Source: Blastocladiella emersonii ATCC 22665 (taxonomy: Eukaryota > Fungi > Blastocladiomycota). Taken from it: a DNA stretch of 64,000 bases. The position numbers and the translations under genes are program-made. The DNA is taken from assembly GCA_025594325.1 (NCBI GenBank), contig JANHCV010000001.1, forward strand, positions 1,984,001 to 2,048,000. The letters run 5' to 3'. Below, in pieces: positions 11,738 through 23,663 of the stretch. The notes under the pieces are model-generated. The model did not search any database, was not told the origin of the DNA, and was given only the letters and a program-made list of their open reading frames with translations. Position 1 is the first letter of the stretch; each line of letters opens with the position of its first letter.

Positions 11738-13621
11738 ATGGTTGCCAAGAAGGCCAAGTCCAAGCGCTTGACTTGCAAGCAGAAGTACAAGATCGAGCGC
11801 AAGATCCGCGAGTCGAACCGCAAGGCCCGCAAGGAGGCCAAGAAGAACCCGCGCTCCAACAACAGTGCGTCTGCTTTCCGCACATCCGAGCTGCAAACGC
11901 GAGCTCATAGACTGACCAACACTTGATTGTATCGCGTAGAGTCGCGCAAGGACCCCGGAATCCCCAACCTGTGGCCCTTCAAGCAGCAGCTCCTCGAGCA
12001 GATCGAGGATGCCCGTGAGCGCGAGGCGCTGCGTGCCAAGCAGCTCAAGGAGCGTCAGAAGCAGCAGGCAAACGCGCTGAAGATGGCCGCCGCCTCGTCC
12101 ATGGCCGGCGAGCTCAGCATCGCTGGTCTGTCGACGGCCGCCGAGGCTGAGCGCACGTGGCAGGCGCAGTCGGGCAAGCAGTCGCAGGCGGCCTACTACC
12201 GCGAGTTCCAGAAGGTCATGGAGAAGTCGGACGTGATCCTGCAGGTCCTCGACGCCCGCGACCCCATGGGCACGCGCGCCAAGCACATTGAGAACCTGAT
12301 CCTCGAGTCGGGCACGGGCAAGCGCGTCATCCTCATCCTCAACAAGGTCGACCTCGTCCCCAAGGAGAACGTGCAGGAGTGGCTCACGTACCTGCGCCAC
12401 GAGTTCCCGACCGTCGCCTTCAAGGCCTCGACGCAGAACCAGCGCCGCAACCTCGGCCAGGGCAACGTGCGCATCGAGCACGCCACCGAGGCCATGCTGC
12501 AGTCGTCCGAGTCGATTGGCGCCGACGCGCTGCTCAAGCTGCTCAAGAACTACGCGCGCAGCATCAACATCAAGACCTCGATCACGGTCGGCATCATCGG
12601 TTACCCGAACGTCGGCAAGTCGTCGCTCATCAACTCGCTCAAGCGCGCCAAGGTGTGCGGCACGGGCGCCACGCCCGGCTTCACCCGCGTCGTGCAGGAG
12701 ATCCACCTCGACAAGCACATCAAGCTGCTCGACTGCCCCGGCATCGTCTTCTCGCCCGAGCGCTCGGACGCGTCGTGGAAGGAGAAGGCCTCGGTCATGC
12801 TGCGCAACTGCATCAGCGTCGAGAAGCTCGAGGACCCCGTCACGCCCGTCGAGCTCATCCTGACGCGCGCGTCCAAGCCCACGCTCATGCTGCTGTACAA
12901 CATCCCTACCTTCAACTCGGTCCAGGAGTTCCTGTTCCTCATTGCCAAGTCGCGCGGCAAGCTCCGCAAGGGCGGTGTCCCCGACATCGAGGACGCGGCC
13001 CGCGCCGTGCTCAACGACTGGAACCAGGGCAAGATCCTCTTCTACTCGATGGCGCCCAAGCGCGACCTCGGCGGCGAGGCCTCGATCGTCGACCACTTCG
13101 GCTCCGAGGTCGATGTCGACGCCGACCTGGCCCGCCTCGACGGCGGCGACGCGCGCGACTTTGTCGCCATGCCGTCGGTCACCGAGGCCGACCTCCAGGC
13201 CATGGCGCAGGACGAGGCCATGGAGAGCGACGACGAGAGCGACATGATGGCCGACAGCGACGTGGACATGGACGACGACATGGACGAGGACGTCGAGTCC
13301 GAGGACGACGACGTGGTGGTCCCCGACGCGTTCAACGCCAAGCGCGCGTCCAACGTGGCCGCTGGCGCGCAGAATGCGGCGCTCGGTGCGCAGCGGAAAA
13401 AGCAGGTCTACATGTCCGAGGAGGAGGAGGCCATCAACCCGCGCATCAACCAGAACAACCGCAAGGCGGCCAAGCAGGCCAAGAAGCTCGCGGCCAAGCT
13501 CGCGGCCAAGGCCGCCGCGCCGCCAGCGGGGCACTCCAACGACGTCGACATGGACGGCGGCGACTCGAACGACGCCTACAGCTTCGCCGACTTTGCGTGG
13601 GGCGGGCCAGGACAGGCGTGA
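11738..13621 (+). CDS. NUG1: Nucleolar circularly permuted GTPase Nug1/GNL3 (nucleostemin family)
   Basis: MVAKKAKSKRLTCKQKYKIERKIRESNRKARK|KSRKDPGIPNLWPFK (intron 11865-11939). DVILQVLDARDP, LNKVDL, GYPNVGKSSLINSL and LLDCPG motifs occur in G4-G1-G3 order. Confidence 0.95.
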
Positions 13622-13929
13622 GCGCTCGCACGTGTATGATCTTTTTTCTGTATGTAAACCCAGGACACGGTCCTTCAAAAAGATTCTAGTTTCTTGTTCC
13701 ACTGGCCACCTTTGCTCGAGTGAAGTGAGGAGGGGAGGGGACGAAAAATGAACTTCGCGCGGTCACGCCGGATGCGCGTTTGCGGTGCCACCCCTCGGCT
13801 CGGGTCGCTCGCACGCCTTCTTCCGCGGATGGCCGCTGCTCCCGCCGCTCGGGAACACCCCACACCCACACCTTTACTGCTCTGTAACTCGCCTCAACTT
13901 CTTGCACTTTGTGCGCTCGGTTCGGCACC

Positions 13930-16119
13930 ATGGCTCCCATTTGGACCGAGGCCGAGTTCAAGGACCTGTTCAAGTCGATGACCCGCCTCGTCCGCGACGG
14001 CTGCAAGGACGCCGGCGAGGTCATGTCGGACGAGTGGTTCGACTACGTCTCGGACATGCACACGTCGGTCAACTCGTGGCCGCACCGCACCGCCCTGCGG
14101 CTCAAGTCGCTCGTTCCCATGTACCAGGTCACCTACACGTACGCCGTGATCTCCCGCTGATCCCGCGGCAAGCGGTCCTGTTCCGCGGCGCCTGACGGCT
14201 GGATGCGCATCGTGTAGCCGTATCATCGAGAACGTCGGCGGGTCGGCGGCGCCCAAGCAGGTCAAGCTGCAGAGCTTCTTCCGCCTCTCGACGGACAAGC
14301 AGCGCAAGCTGGCCAAGCTCTCGGCCAGGTCGCCGGTCCGCCTCTCGCTCGACGTCTTCAAGGCCGCGGCCCAGTTCTTTGACACGATCGCCGCCTCTGC
14401 TTCCTCTTCTTCGTCAGAGGACGACGAGGACCAGGACGACGAGGTCGCCAGCAGTACGCTACTTACTCGTGACATCGTCGAGCGCAAGCTAACTCGTAAC
14501 CGCGCCCTGTTGCAGATCTCACGACTCCCGAGGTTTCGCACCCACCGCGCCGCCCCCGGCGACATTCCGGTTCGGTTATGCCGACTGTTCGAGCCAGTTC
14601 GCCGCTCTCGGACCTCGACCTCGCCGACTCGGCCACGACTTCCGCTTCGAGCTCGGGCTCCAGTTCGTCCGACGGGGGCAGCTCGCCCATTCCTGCACCT
14701 GGTCCGAAGCTTCGCCAACGGCGCTCCACGCCTGCTTCTCGCCCTGAACCTCGCGCTACCTCACGCCCCTCCCGCGCCTGCCGCACTGGTTCCAGCTCGC
14801 TCCCACGGTCTCGCTCTCACTCGGCGACGCGTGGCTCTCGCACCCGCGATGCTGACTCTCGCAAGCACGCTGATGATGATGACGAGAGCGGCTCTGATTC
14901 CGACGTCGATTCCCGCCCGCACTCGCGGTCCCACTCGCGCACGTCTACTCGTACCCGCTCGCGGCAGGAGACTCCCACGCTGCCGTTGAGCGACCGCGCC
15001 GATTTTCGCTCGCGCTCGCGGTCTCGGTCTCGGTCTCGGTCGCGGTCCCGCTCCGGCTCGGCGACGCGTCGCTCGCGGCACAGCGCCGCCGCCTACGAGC
15101 CGCCCGATCCGTACCTGTACCCTTACGACCTTCGCCACGGTCGCGGCCAAGGCCAAGGCCAAGGTGCTGACCGCGAGCGCGAGCGTGAGCGTGATCGCGA
15201 CCGTCCAGCTCACCAACAATCGCGCGAGTCTCGGCACTCAAACAGCGGCCGCGGTGCTGATGCTTTCCACGGGTACCCCGACCAAGGGTATCCTGACCTC
15301 GGCCGGTATCCCGGGTACTACGACCCGCTTCCTCGCTACGACTACGGCGGCCACTTTGGCTCGCGTCGCTCCAATCGTCCTCCGAACGAGTCGCCCGACT
15401 TGGACGCCGACCGCTATTACGACTGGCGGGCCGCCCCGCCGCCCCCGCCCCCGCCGCCTGCCGCGTACCCCGATCCTCGCGCGGGCTGGAACTACGCGGC
15501 GCCGTACCCGTACCCGTACGCCTACGAGCCGTCCATGTGGCCACCGCAGCATTCCATGGCGCCGCCCCCTGTCGCTCCCGCCGCTCCCGCTCCGGCTGTT
15601 TGCCCCGCCGGCCACCTTTGCCCGCACGCTGGAACCGCGTGGCCGCCGCCGCTGCTCGTCAACGCGTCGTGCCAGGCCTCCCCTGGTCACAGCACAGCCT
15701 CGTCGACACCCGGTGGCCGCCCGCTCGGCCACGCGGACGCGCCTCCGCTCGCGCAGTTCTCGGCCACGCTCTCGACTAAGCTTTCCGCCGCAGCCGCAGC
15801 GGCCGCCGCCGTGACCGTTTCGTCGACCTCGCGGTCGGCCCCAGCCATGACGCGTCCTTCCTCATCGTCGATCCACGACGTTTCCACCCGCCCCTCGTCT
15901 TCGGCCCGCAGCTTCGCGACCACCGTGCCCTCGGCGAGCACCTACTTCCTCGACTCGGCCATCAACACGGGCCCCGCGTCCGAGGACGTCACCCCCGAAC
16001 CCACCGCTCGCGCGCTGACGCTGCTGCCCTTTGCGACCGCCGACGGGAACCCGCCTGCGCCGCCGCCGCCGCGGGCGCGGCGCAAGCGGCTGACCGGCGT
16101 CGCGCGGCCGGGATCGTGA
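13930..16119 (+). CDS. Hypothetical protein: N-terminal Myb/SANT-like helical domain, RS repeats and Pro/Tyr-rich low-complexity region
   Basis: MAPIWTEAEFKDLFKSMTRLVRDG...DEWFDYV...LRLKSLVPMYQ, then two introns (donor near 14139; second near 14453-14514), then the ORF 14578-16119 with an RSRSRS tract and YPYPY/PPPP segments. Confidence 0.65.
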
Positions 16120-16286
16120 GACTCGCGTACTGCTCGTGTCGCGCGCGGTCGGTTCATGGTGGGAAGAGGTGGTTGACGCAAATGGTTCCTTATTTAATGC
16201 ATGCATGGTGATTGTTGATGAGTCAAGTGAGATGTGCGAGTGAAGATGTGCGGGCATGAGGGTGTGATGGGTACACGAAACGAAGC

Positions 16287-18867
16287 TCAGCAGTCGACCT
16301 GCGCGTACTCCACGTCGCGGTGGACACGACGGCGGGGCCGCGTGGCGACGAGCGCGGCGAGAACCACCATGGCCAGCGCGACGACGCCGATGGCGGCGGG
16401 CCAGGCGGCGGCCGCGGAACTTCCCAGCGTCGCCGGCCCGTTCATCGACGCCGTCGCCGGATCCACGCCGAACACGTCGTCCTCGATGGCGCGCCGGATC
16501 TTGCGGCCCTTGGCGTACGCGCGACCAACGCCGTTGCTGCGACCGCCGATCCCGCCGCGCGCAGACGACGCGCCGCCGCGAGCGCTTGTCGATCCGCCGC
16601 GGCCGACCGTCTTGTGGCTGTGTCCGCGAGCATGGCCATGGCCGCGGCCGGGATGACCTTGGCCGTGTCCAGGATGTTCGTGGTCATGCCCGTGGGGCGG
16701 CGCGTGGGTCGGCGTCGCTGGCGCTGAACTGCTGCTGCTGCTGGTGGTGGTGGTGGTGGTGGTCGTGCGCGTCGCGGTCACGGTCGAGGCGGACGTGGAA
16801 GACGAGGTCGAGACCGACGAGCTGCTGGTCGTGCTACTCGTCGCCGCGGATGAGGTGGTGGTTGACGACGAGGGCGGCGGCTGCGTCGCGGTGGAGGCCG
16901 GCGAGGACGTCGAGACCGACGCGCTGCTCGACGTGGTCGTAGTAGTGGACGCCGTTGTGGTAGTGGAAGCCGAGCTGGTCGACGAAGTCGACGGCGGCTG
17001 AGTAGCCGTGCTGGACGAGGTCGGGAAGTCGAGGCTGCTCAACCGTCGACGCCGTAGTTTGTGCAGGCTCGCTCGTTGAGACCTCGATGGTGGTGATGGT
17101 CGAGGCAGTCGTGGCGGCCGTGGTCGAGGACGGGCCCGAATCGGTGTTGGTGGGCAGCGGCTCGACTGCCGTGATCTGGTCGGTCGCGGAACTGGAACTG
17201 GAAGCCGTAGTCGCGCTCGGCGCCGTCACCGACTCGCTCGCAGCGGTCTCGGTGGGGCTGCTGGTCGACGTGATCTCGTCGTCAAAAGTCGTCGTCGCGC
17301 CGGCCGCCGTAGAAGAAACCGGCGTAGCGGTCTCCGAAGCAGTCAGCGGGGCCGTTGAGGTCGCCGTGGTCGCGTCGACCGTCTCGCTCGCGGTGCTGCT
17401 ACTCGAGGTCGCCGTCGCCGACTCGGTAGTCGTTGATGTGGCCGAGGACCCAGTCTCGGTCGTCAACACCGCCGTGGTAGTAGATGAGGTCGTTTCCGCT
17501 GATGGCTCGGCCGTACTGCTGGGCTCGGCAGCAGTTGAGGTCTCGACCGGCGCCGCGGTCGACGTCGGCTCGAGCGCGGACGTAGTGCTCGTTGCGCTGG
17601 CCTCGGCCGAGGTCGTGGAGCTTGCCGCAGTGGTGGTCGCCGAGGTCGCCGAGTCGCTCGTGGAAGCGGAAGTCGATGAGGCCACCGTGGAGCTGGACTC
17701 GACGGTCTCCGACGTTGCTGTCGCAATCGACGTGGAAGTGTCTGCAGCGGGCGCCGTGGTCTCGTTCGTGGGCGCCGGCGCCGACGTGGCGACCATGGAG
17801 CTGGATTCGGACGCCGACGAGGTCACGGTGGCGGGTGCTGTGGTCGTAGTCTCGCTCGTGGACGTGGACGTTGACGCAGTGGCCGTGGAGCTGGACTCGG
17901 TCGTCGTCGAGCTCGAGGTCTCGGGCGCAGCGGTCGTCGTAGCGGCGGTCGTAGAAGCAGCGCCATCGGTCGAAGTCGCACTCGCGGCGGTCGTACTTGA
18001 CGCGGTTGATGTCGTCGAGGTGACCTGGGTCGTGGTGGAGGCGGCCGACGACGACTCGGTCGAAGTTGCAGTCGTCGAGATGCTCGTGGTGGTTGACGCC
18101 GAAGTTGCCGAGCTCGTGGGCACGTCCGTGGGGGTGGCGATCGGGGACGTTGACGTAGATGTCGGATCCGAAGAAGTAGTCGCGGGAGCCGAAGTCGCGC
18201 CCGGGGTACTCGTTGACGAGGCCGTAGTCGCAGGCGCAGAGGAAGTCGTCGCGACCGCCGTCGAGGTCGATGACGTGACGCTCGCGGTCGCCGTACTTGG
18301 AGAAGAGCTTGCCGTCGTCGACCCAGCCGAGGCGCTTGAGGTCGAGGTGGTGGAAGCCGAGGACGATGCGCCCGTTGTAGCCGCAGTCGTCGAACTGGCC
18401 GACGTCGTAGTAGGCGATGCAGTCGATGTAGTAGTCGACGCCGCGGCCGAGGTCGTAGCCGTAGACGTGGGGGCCGACGTAGTCGTAGTCGACGTCAGCG
18501 AGGCACTCGTGGTCGTGGCCGCCGAGGTTGTAGATGCGCGGGTCGTAGTGGCCGAGGACATCGCCGTAGTCGAGGACGTCGAGGCGGTCGTCGTTGCGGT
18601 GGCCGATGATGTGGACCGAGTGCTTGTCGCGGAGGTAGTCGACGCGGTAGTCGTCGCGTGACCGTTTGCGTTCCCGTTGCCGTTGGTCGCCGTCGGTGGG
18701 CCGGTGCTGTTGCCCTGGTTGCCGATCCCGTTGCCGTTACCGTTGGACGACGAGGTGGTCGTGGTGGCCGCCGCCGCTATAGTGCTGGACGGCAGCGTGG
18801 TGGTGGTGGCGTTGGGACGCCGGCCGGGCGGTATCGACGGGCGATGCTCGTCCGAGTAGCCGCGCAT
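16287..18867 (-). CDS. Ser/Thr-rich mucin-like type I membrane protein, interrupted by a frameshift near 17040
   Basis: Two overlapping S/T-rich frames (ORFs 16834-19122 and 16287-17042). The second ends in a hydrophobic helix (AAIGVVALAMVVLAALVA), a basic stop-transfer segment (RPRRR) and the tail EYAQVDC. No signal peptide is evident at ATG 18867. Confidence 0.7.
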
Positions 18868-19324
18868 AGTGTAGTGCAAGATGAGCGAGGAGCTACGTGT
18901 ATAGTCGATTCGTGGTTTCGGTTGAGGGGGAGGGCGAGCGAGGAAGGGAAGCGGCGCTGTTAAGTAGATCGAGACCAGGTCAAAACAGGAAAGAGTGTTC
19001 GCGTCCGATCGCTTGCTTGTTCGTTCGGTGACGCGCGTCGCGACGCGTCTCCCAGCTCGCGCGCCGCGGCCACGTGATAAACGGCGCGTCGGTGCGAGAC
19101 ACGGGCTGCGAGCGTCTCGCAAAGTGTCTCCCCGAATGTCCCATCGCTTTTCGCTCTAATACTCGGCGAGCACGTCGCGAGACCGTCTCGACGCGCTCGG
19201 CTTCGCGTCACTCAGATCCACCTCGTGTCATGTGATGCGCGTCTCGCAGCGACCGCCGTGTTTAGCGGCCGCGTCTCGCCGCAGAAACGCCGCGCTCTCC
19301 CTGCAATCGACGCATCCCCCCTCC

Positions 19325-22300
19325 ATGTATCGCACACCGCATCGCGGGACCCGGGCACTGGCGCTCGCCTGGCCCTCGGCTCGCTCCCATGTAATCGCAC
19401 GCCGCCATGAATCGACCCGTGTTCCCGGCCCGGGACCGCACGACCCACCACCAGTCCCGCCAACAACCAGTATGGAGAACCCCTGTGCGCTTGATGGAAA
19501 GCTCTCTGACACTCAGGCCCTGCTGGTAGTCCCTGGCCAGCCGACGGCCGACGGCTTCCCCGAAACGGCGCCCCAGCGGGTCGCACCGTCGCCAGTCAAG
19601 AACCCGATAGCGCCGCCGCTCCCGGACGCCGACTTCTTTGCGCCGAGCCAGGACCTCGCGCAGGCCGGCATGCTGCACGTGCACCCGGCGTACTCGACCG
19701 TCGACTTTGAGCACGACCTGAACCAGACGCCAGCTTCCGCCTCGTTCCTCTCGCCCGACGGCACGCCCGCAGCTGCTGGCTCGGCGCGGTTCCTCGACCG
19801 CAACGCGAACCCGGCCGCGACCAAGATCATCACCACCGACTACCGTGCGCCGACGCACTCGCAGGTCAACGAGGAGCGCGGCGCGCAGAGCGAGTGGGAC
19901 GCGACGCTGCGCAAGTGCGCCAGCCCGATCCAGCTCCGGCTCACCGTGTCGCGACTCCTGTCGCAGTCGCGCGCGCCCAAGCAGGTCGACCTGATCGCCG
20001 CCCTCAACGCGTGCGCGCGCCTCGCGCTGCTCGGGTGGAAGGGCGTCGCGCCGCTCATCGACAAGCTGACCGCCGAGACGTCCGCTGCCTCTTCTTCGGG
20101 CGACCGCCGCGCAAACTCTCGCGGCGGCGCGCCCGCCTCCATCAAGACGGACCCTTTGCCACTGTCGAGCGTGCACAAGTCGCAGCAGTACCAGCGCGAG
20201 AGCTTCGAGGTGGCGCAGACCATCATGCAGACGCTGGTCGAGCGCGGGTCGATCCCGTCGCTGCACATCTACAGCGCCTACATCCGCGTGTGCGCGCACG
20301 CCGGCCAGGCCGACGCCGCGTTCCAGGCGCTCGACGACATGAAGCGCAACGGGCTCGTCCCCGACACGGAGATCTACAAGGGCCTCGTCATGGTCTCGGC
20401 GCGCCAGGGCGACGTGCAGCGCGCGCTCGAGGCGGTCGAGATCTCGGTCCAGAACGCGTCCTCGGTCTCGCGACACGCGAAGTGGCTCAAGATGGCCCTG
20501 CGGCTCGCCGTCGGCGTCGAGGCCGGCAAGTGGGTCGGGATCCTCATCAGCCTGACCACGGGCATGAACGAGATTGCCACGCAGATCGTCGGCATCGGGT
20601 TCGGCACCGTGTTCGGGCTCCGGCTCGCGATCCCCGTCCTCATGCCCATGCACCAGCAGTCCGCGTCCAGCAAGCAGCAGCAGCAGCAGTCCGCAGCGAC
20701 GTCGTCGCAGATCACGCCGACCGGATCCACCCCGGCGCAGTCTCCCGTGTGGTGGAAACGGCTGCTCGACATGCTCCTCGGCATCCACCCGCAGACCTTC
20801 ATCACGCCGTCTCCGCGCCCGCCCGGCTCCGCGTATGGTGGCGGCAGCGGCGGTACGACCACGGCGGTCGGGTTCCAGGCGGCGAGCCCAAACGCCGTGT
20901 TCCACTCGCACGACGCGCAGGAGGTGAGCCAGCACATGCACGCGTACCTGATCTCGGTGCTCGAGACGGTGGGCAACGTGGACGCGGCGCTGACGGTACT
21001 GGACGAGATGCGGACCAAGGGGATCCCCGTCACGGTGCACACGTACAACATGCTGGTCGAGGACCTGGTGCAGCTCGGGCGGCCCGAGGTGGCGCTGGCG
21101 ACCATCGCCAAGATGGCCTCGGTCGCGCCCTCGTCGTACACGTTCCTGCCGGTGCTGCGGTACCACTACGACCGGCGCCAGTTCGACCGCGTCGTCGACG
21201 TGTACGAGACGCACATGGTCCCGCGCGGCGTGCCGCTCGACCTCGTCACGTACACGTCGCTCATCTCGTCGTTCGGCAAGGTGGCGCGCGTCGACGAGGC
21301 CATGGCGCTGTTCGACCGGTTCCTGCGCGAGGGCTTTGTGCCGAACCAGTTTGTCCTCAACACGCTCATCAGCATTCTGGGGAAGAACGGCCGGTTCCGC
21401 GACGCCGAGGACGTGGTGCTCGTCACCATGCCCAAGTACAAGGTGCTGCCGACGCCGCGGTCGCTCGGCAAGCTCGTCGACAAGGCGCGCAGCCTCGACC
21501 CCGCGACCTACGTGCCGCCCGAGTCGGCCGATTTCGCCGCGCCGCCGTTCCCCGTGCTCCCCGGCCAGCCGTCGCCGCCGCCCGTCCAGGTCCAGCGGTC
21601 GTGGTTCTGGTACTTTCGCCTGCGCGCCGTGCCCAACGTCACCCTCGACATTGTCCCGCACGTCCTGCTCATGAGCGTCCTCCACCAGTTCGGGTACTCG
21701 CACCAGGCCCTCGCCGTGTACTCGGAGGTCCTCGGCCACACGGCCACGAGCACCCCTCCCGCAACCGACGCGTCGCCACCCCCGCCGCCGCCGTCCATCC
21801 TCATGTCCTCGGACCTCGCCCCGCTCGCGCCCGTGACGACGCAGGGGTACTGGGCCGCGGCCATGGCGTCCGTGGGCGTGCCGTCGCTGAGCGCCGAGCA
21901 CGTGGTCGCGCTCGTGTACGAGATGAAGTGCCGGCGGCTGTACTCGCACCCGCTGCCGAACCCGCCCGCCGGCCCGTCGGGCTGTCCGCGGCTCGCCGAG
22001 CTCGTCGCGTCCGTCGTCAAACAGCGCCACGCGCCCGCGGCCACCACCGCAGCGCGGCCCGAGCCCGCCAATGTCGTGATCCGGCGGAACGGCGGGATCC
22101 TCGCTAACGTCATCGACAAGGTGATCGCGGTCGCGACGGCCGAGGCTGAGGGTAAGGGAGGGGGCGCGCCCGCCATGGACCCGGGCCTGCCCTCGCTCGT
22201 CCTCGCCATGGGCGACGCGTTCGCGAACAGTGTGCGCGTCGCGTACGGGCACCGCGGGTACGCGGAGTCCGCCCCGGCCGCGGACGTGGTCCCTGCCGCC

Positions 22301-23008
22301 ATCAGCAGCAGCACCGTGCCCACAACAACGTCCCGGTTCCTCGACGACCTCGAACCCGCCTCCCCCTCCTCCTCCACCGCCGCGTCCGACCCCGTCGCCG
22401 TCGACGAGGACGACGAGGACGACGCGGTCGCGGTCCCCTCGCGCATCGCCAGCGCCGAGATCCCGTACTCGCCCGCGCCCGATGTTGCGCCCCCGGCGGC
22501 GGTTGCGGGATTGTCGGGCCCGTGGCGCCAGGAACTGCGCCAGTTCACGTACAAGCTGCGCACGCTTCGCGCGCTCGTCAAGGCGCAGCAGGACGCGCAG
22601 CGCGCGGCGGCGGTCGCGGCCAGGCGCGCGGAGAAGCGCGAGCGGCGGGGTGCTACGGTGTCGGCGGCCGCGGAGACACGAGCGCCGACGATGCAGCAGC
22701 CGACTCCCGAGCCGGCCCGCGCGCCCGTCGGCCGCACGACAGCGGCGGCAGCTGCGGCGGCCTCGGCGCGCGCCGCCGCGTACGCGAGCCCAACCGACTT
22801 CTTTGGGAAGATTGACAAGTTCGAGAAGAAGGCGAGGCGGCGCGGCGATCCCAGCTCCGAGTCGGCCGAAAACCCAGCGCCGGGCCTGAGCACCAAAGTC
22901 AAATCGTTTTACGAGGAGATCGAGCACGCGGCCGCGAGTTCGCGTGCCCGGGCCCAGGACAAGAAGTCCGGGAAGCCGGTGGTCCGCGCGCCGATCGGGC
23001 GCAGGTGA
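19325..23008 (+). CDS. Pentatricopeptide-repeat (PPR) protein, probably mitochondrial
   Basis: Repeated PPR-like units (IYSAYIRVCAHAGQADAAFQALDDMKRNGLVPD; TYNMLVEDLVQLGRPEVALATIAKM; TYTSLISSFGKVARVDEAMALFDRFLREGFVPN). The Arg-rich N-terminus from ATG 19325 resembles a presequence. Confidence 0.9.
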   Translation: MYRTPHRGTRALALAWPSARSHVIARRHESTRVPGPGPHDPPPVPPTTSMENPCALDGKLSDTQALLVVPGQPTADGFPETAPQRVAPSPVKNPIAPPLPDADFFAPSQDLAQAGMLHVHPAYSTVDFEHDLNQTPASASFLSPDGTPAAAGSARFLDRNANPAATKIITTDYRAPTHSQVNEERGAQSEWDATLRKCASPIQLRLTVSRLLSQSRAPKQVDLIAALNACARLALLGWKGVAPLIDKLTAETSAASSSGDRRANSRGGAPASIKTDPLPLSSVHKSQQYQRESFEVAQTIMQTLVERGSIPSLHIYSAYIRVCAHAGQADAAFQALDDMKRNGLVPDTEIYKGLVMVSARQGDVQRALEAVEISVQNASSVSRHAKWLKMALRLAVGVEAGKWVGILISLTTGMNEIATQIVGIGFGTVFGLRLAIPVLMPMHQQSASSKQQQQQSAATSSQITPTGSTPAQSPVWWKRLLDMLLGIHPQTFITPSPRPPGSAYGGGSGGTTTAVGFQAASPNAVFHSHDAQEVSQHMHAYLISVLETVGNVDAALTVLDEMRTKGIPVTVHTYNMLVEDLVQLGRPEVALATIAKMASVAPSSYTFLPVLRYHYDRRQFDRVVDVYETHMVPRGVPLDLVTYTSLISSFGKVARVDEAMALFDRFLREGFVPNQFVLNTLISILGKNGRFRDAEDVVLVTMPKYKVLPTPRSLGKLVDKARSLDPATYVPPESADFAAPPFPVLPGQPSPPPVQVQRSWFWYFRLRAVPNVTLDIVPHVLLMSVLHQFGYSHQALAVYSEVLGHTATSTPPATDASPPPPPPSILMSSDLAPLAPVTTQGYWAAAMASVGVPSLSAEHVVALVYEMKCRRLYSHPLPNPPAGPSGCPRLAELVASVVKQRHAPAATTAARPEPANVVIRRNGGILANVIDKVIAVATAEAEGKGGGAPAMDPGLPSLVLAMGDAFANSVRVAYGHRGYAESAPAADVVPAAISSSTVPTTTSRFLDDLEPASPSSSTAASDPVAVDEDDEDDAVAVPSRIASAEIPYSPAPDVAPPAAVAGLSGPWRQELRQFTYKLRTLRALVKAQQDAQRAAAVAARRAEKRERRGATVSAAAETRAPTMQQPTPEPARAPVGRTTAAAAAAASARAAAYASPTDFFGKIDKFEKKARRRGDPSSESAENPAPGLSTKVKSFYEEIEHAAASSRARAQDKKSGKPVVRAPIGRR

Positions 23009-23052
23009 GCTGGCAGACAGATATACGAGGAATATATGTAGCTATGACCTAG

Positions 23053-23663
23053 TTAGGCCTTGCCAATGGGGATGATGCTGCCGGTGAGCGGCGCGGCAGC
23101 GGCGTCCGCGGCCGTGGGCTCGATGAGACCGAACTGCTTGACGGCCCAGTCGAGCGCCGGCACCATGTTGCCCTTGGTCAGCACCTTGCGGGCCTCAGCG
23201 AGCGGGAACCACGCGCGCTCGCGAATCTCGTGCTCGGGCCTACACGGTGGTGGGCGTGTCAGCGCCCATCGTCGCCATCGCGTTCCAGGCGAACGTACCA
23301 CTCGGGCCCCGCGGGAAACTCCTTGATCCCCTCGACCCCGTCGGCCGCGTACCCGTACCACCAGAACTTCTGGGGCTTGTGGGGCTTCTTCTTAGGCGTA
23401 TGGTCGAGGGTGCCGAGCAGGACGACGCGGGTCTCGTCGGCAGCGCGGACGCCGGCCTCCTCCCACGACTCGCGGATCGCGGCGGTGACCGGGTCGCTGC
23501 CGTCCTTGGCCTCGTACCCGCCCTTGGGCAGGATCCACCGCGACGGGTCCGACCGCGACGAGATCAGCAGCACGTGCGGCGCGGGCGAGCGCAGCACGAA
23601 CACGCAGCCCGCGACTTGCCGGATCTTGCCCTCGTAGACTTGCGCGGACGTGTTGGCGGTCAT
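23053..23663 (-). CDS. Nudix hydrolase of the DIPP/Ddp1 (diphosphoinositol polyphosphate phosphohydrolase) type
   Basis: RQVAGCV...VLLISSRSDPSRWILPKGGYE...AAIRESWEEAGV (Nudix box), intron 23240-23298, then WPEHEIRERAWFPLAEA. Confidence 0.88.

Noticed and set aside
15011-15060. GGTCTC/GGTCGC hexamer run
   Set aside because: It simply encodes an Arg-Ser tract inside the 13930-16119 protein.
17087-18661. 524-aa Val/Asp/Glu-rich hydrophobic-looking ORF on the plus strand
   Set aside because: It is the antisense reading of the Thr/Ser codons of the mucin gene.
18868-19122. In-frame upstream extension of the mucin ORF (MRDARSPC...)
   Set aside because: It starts at a non-ATG codon, reads like promoter or UTR DNA, and contains no signal peptide.
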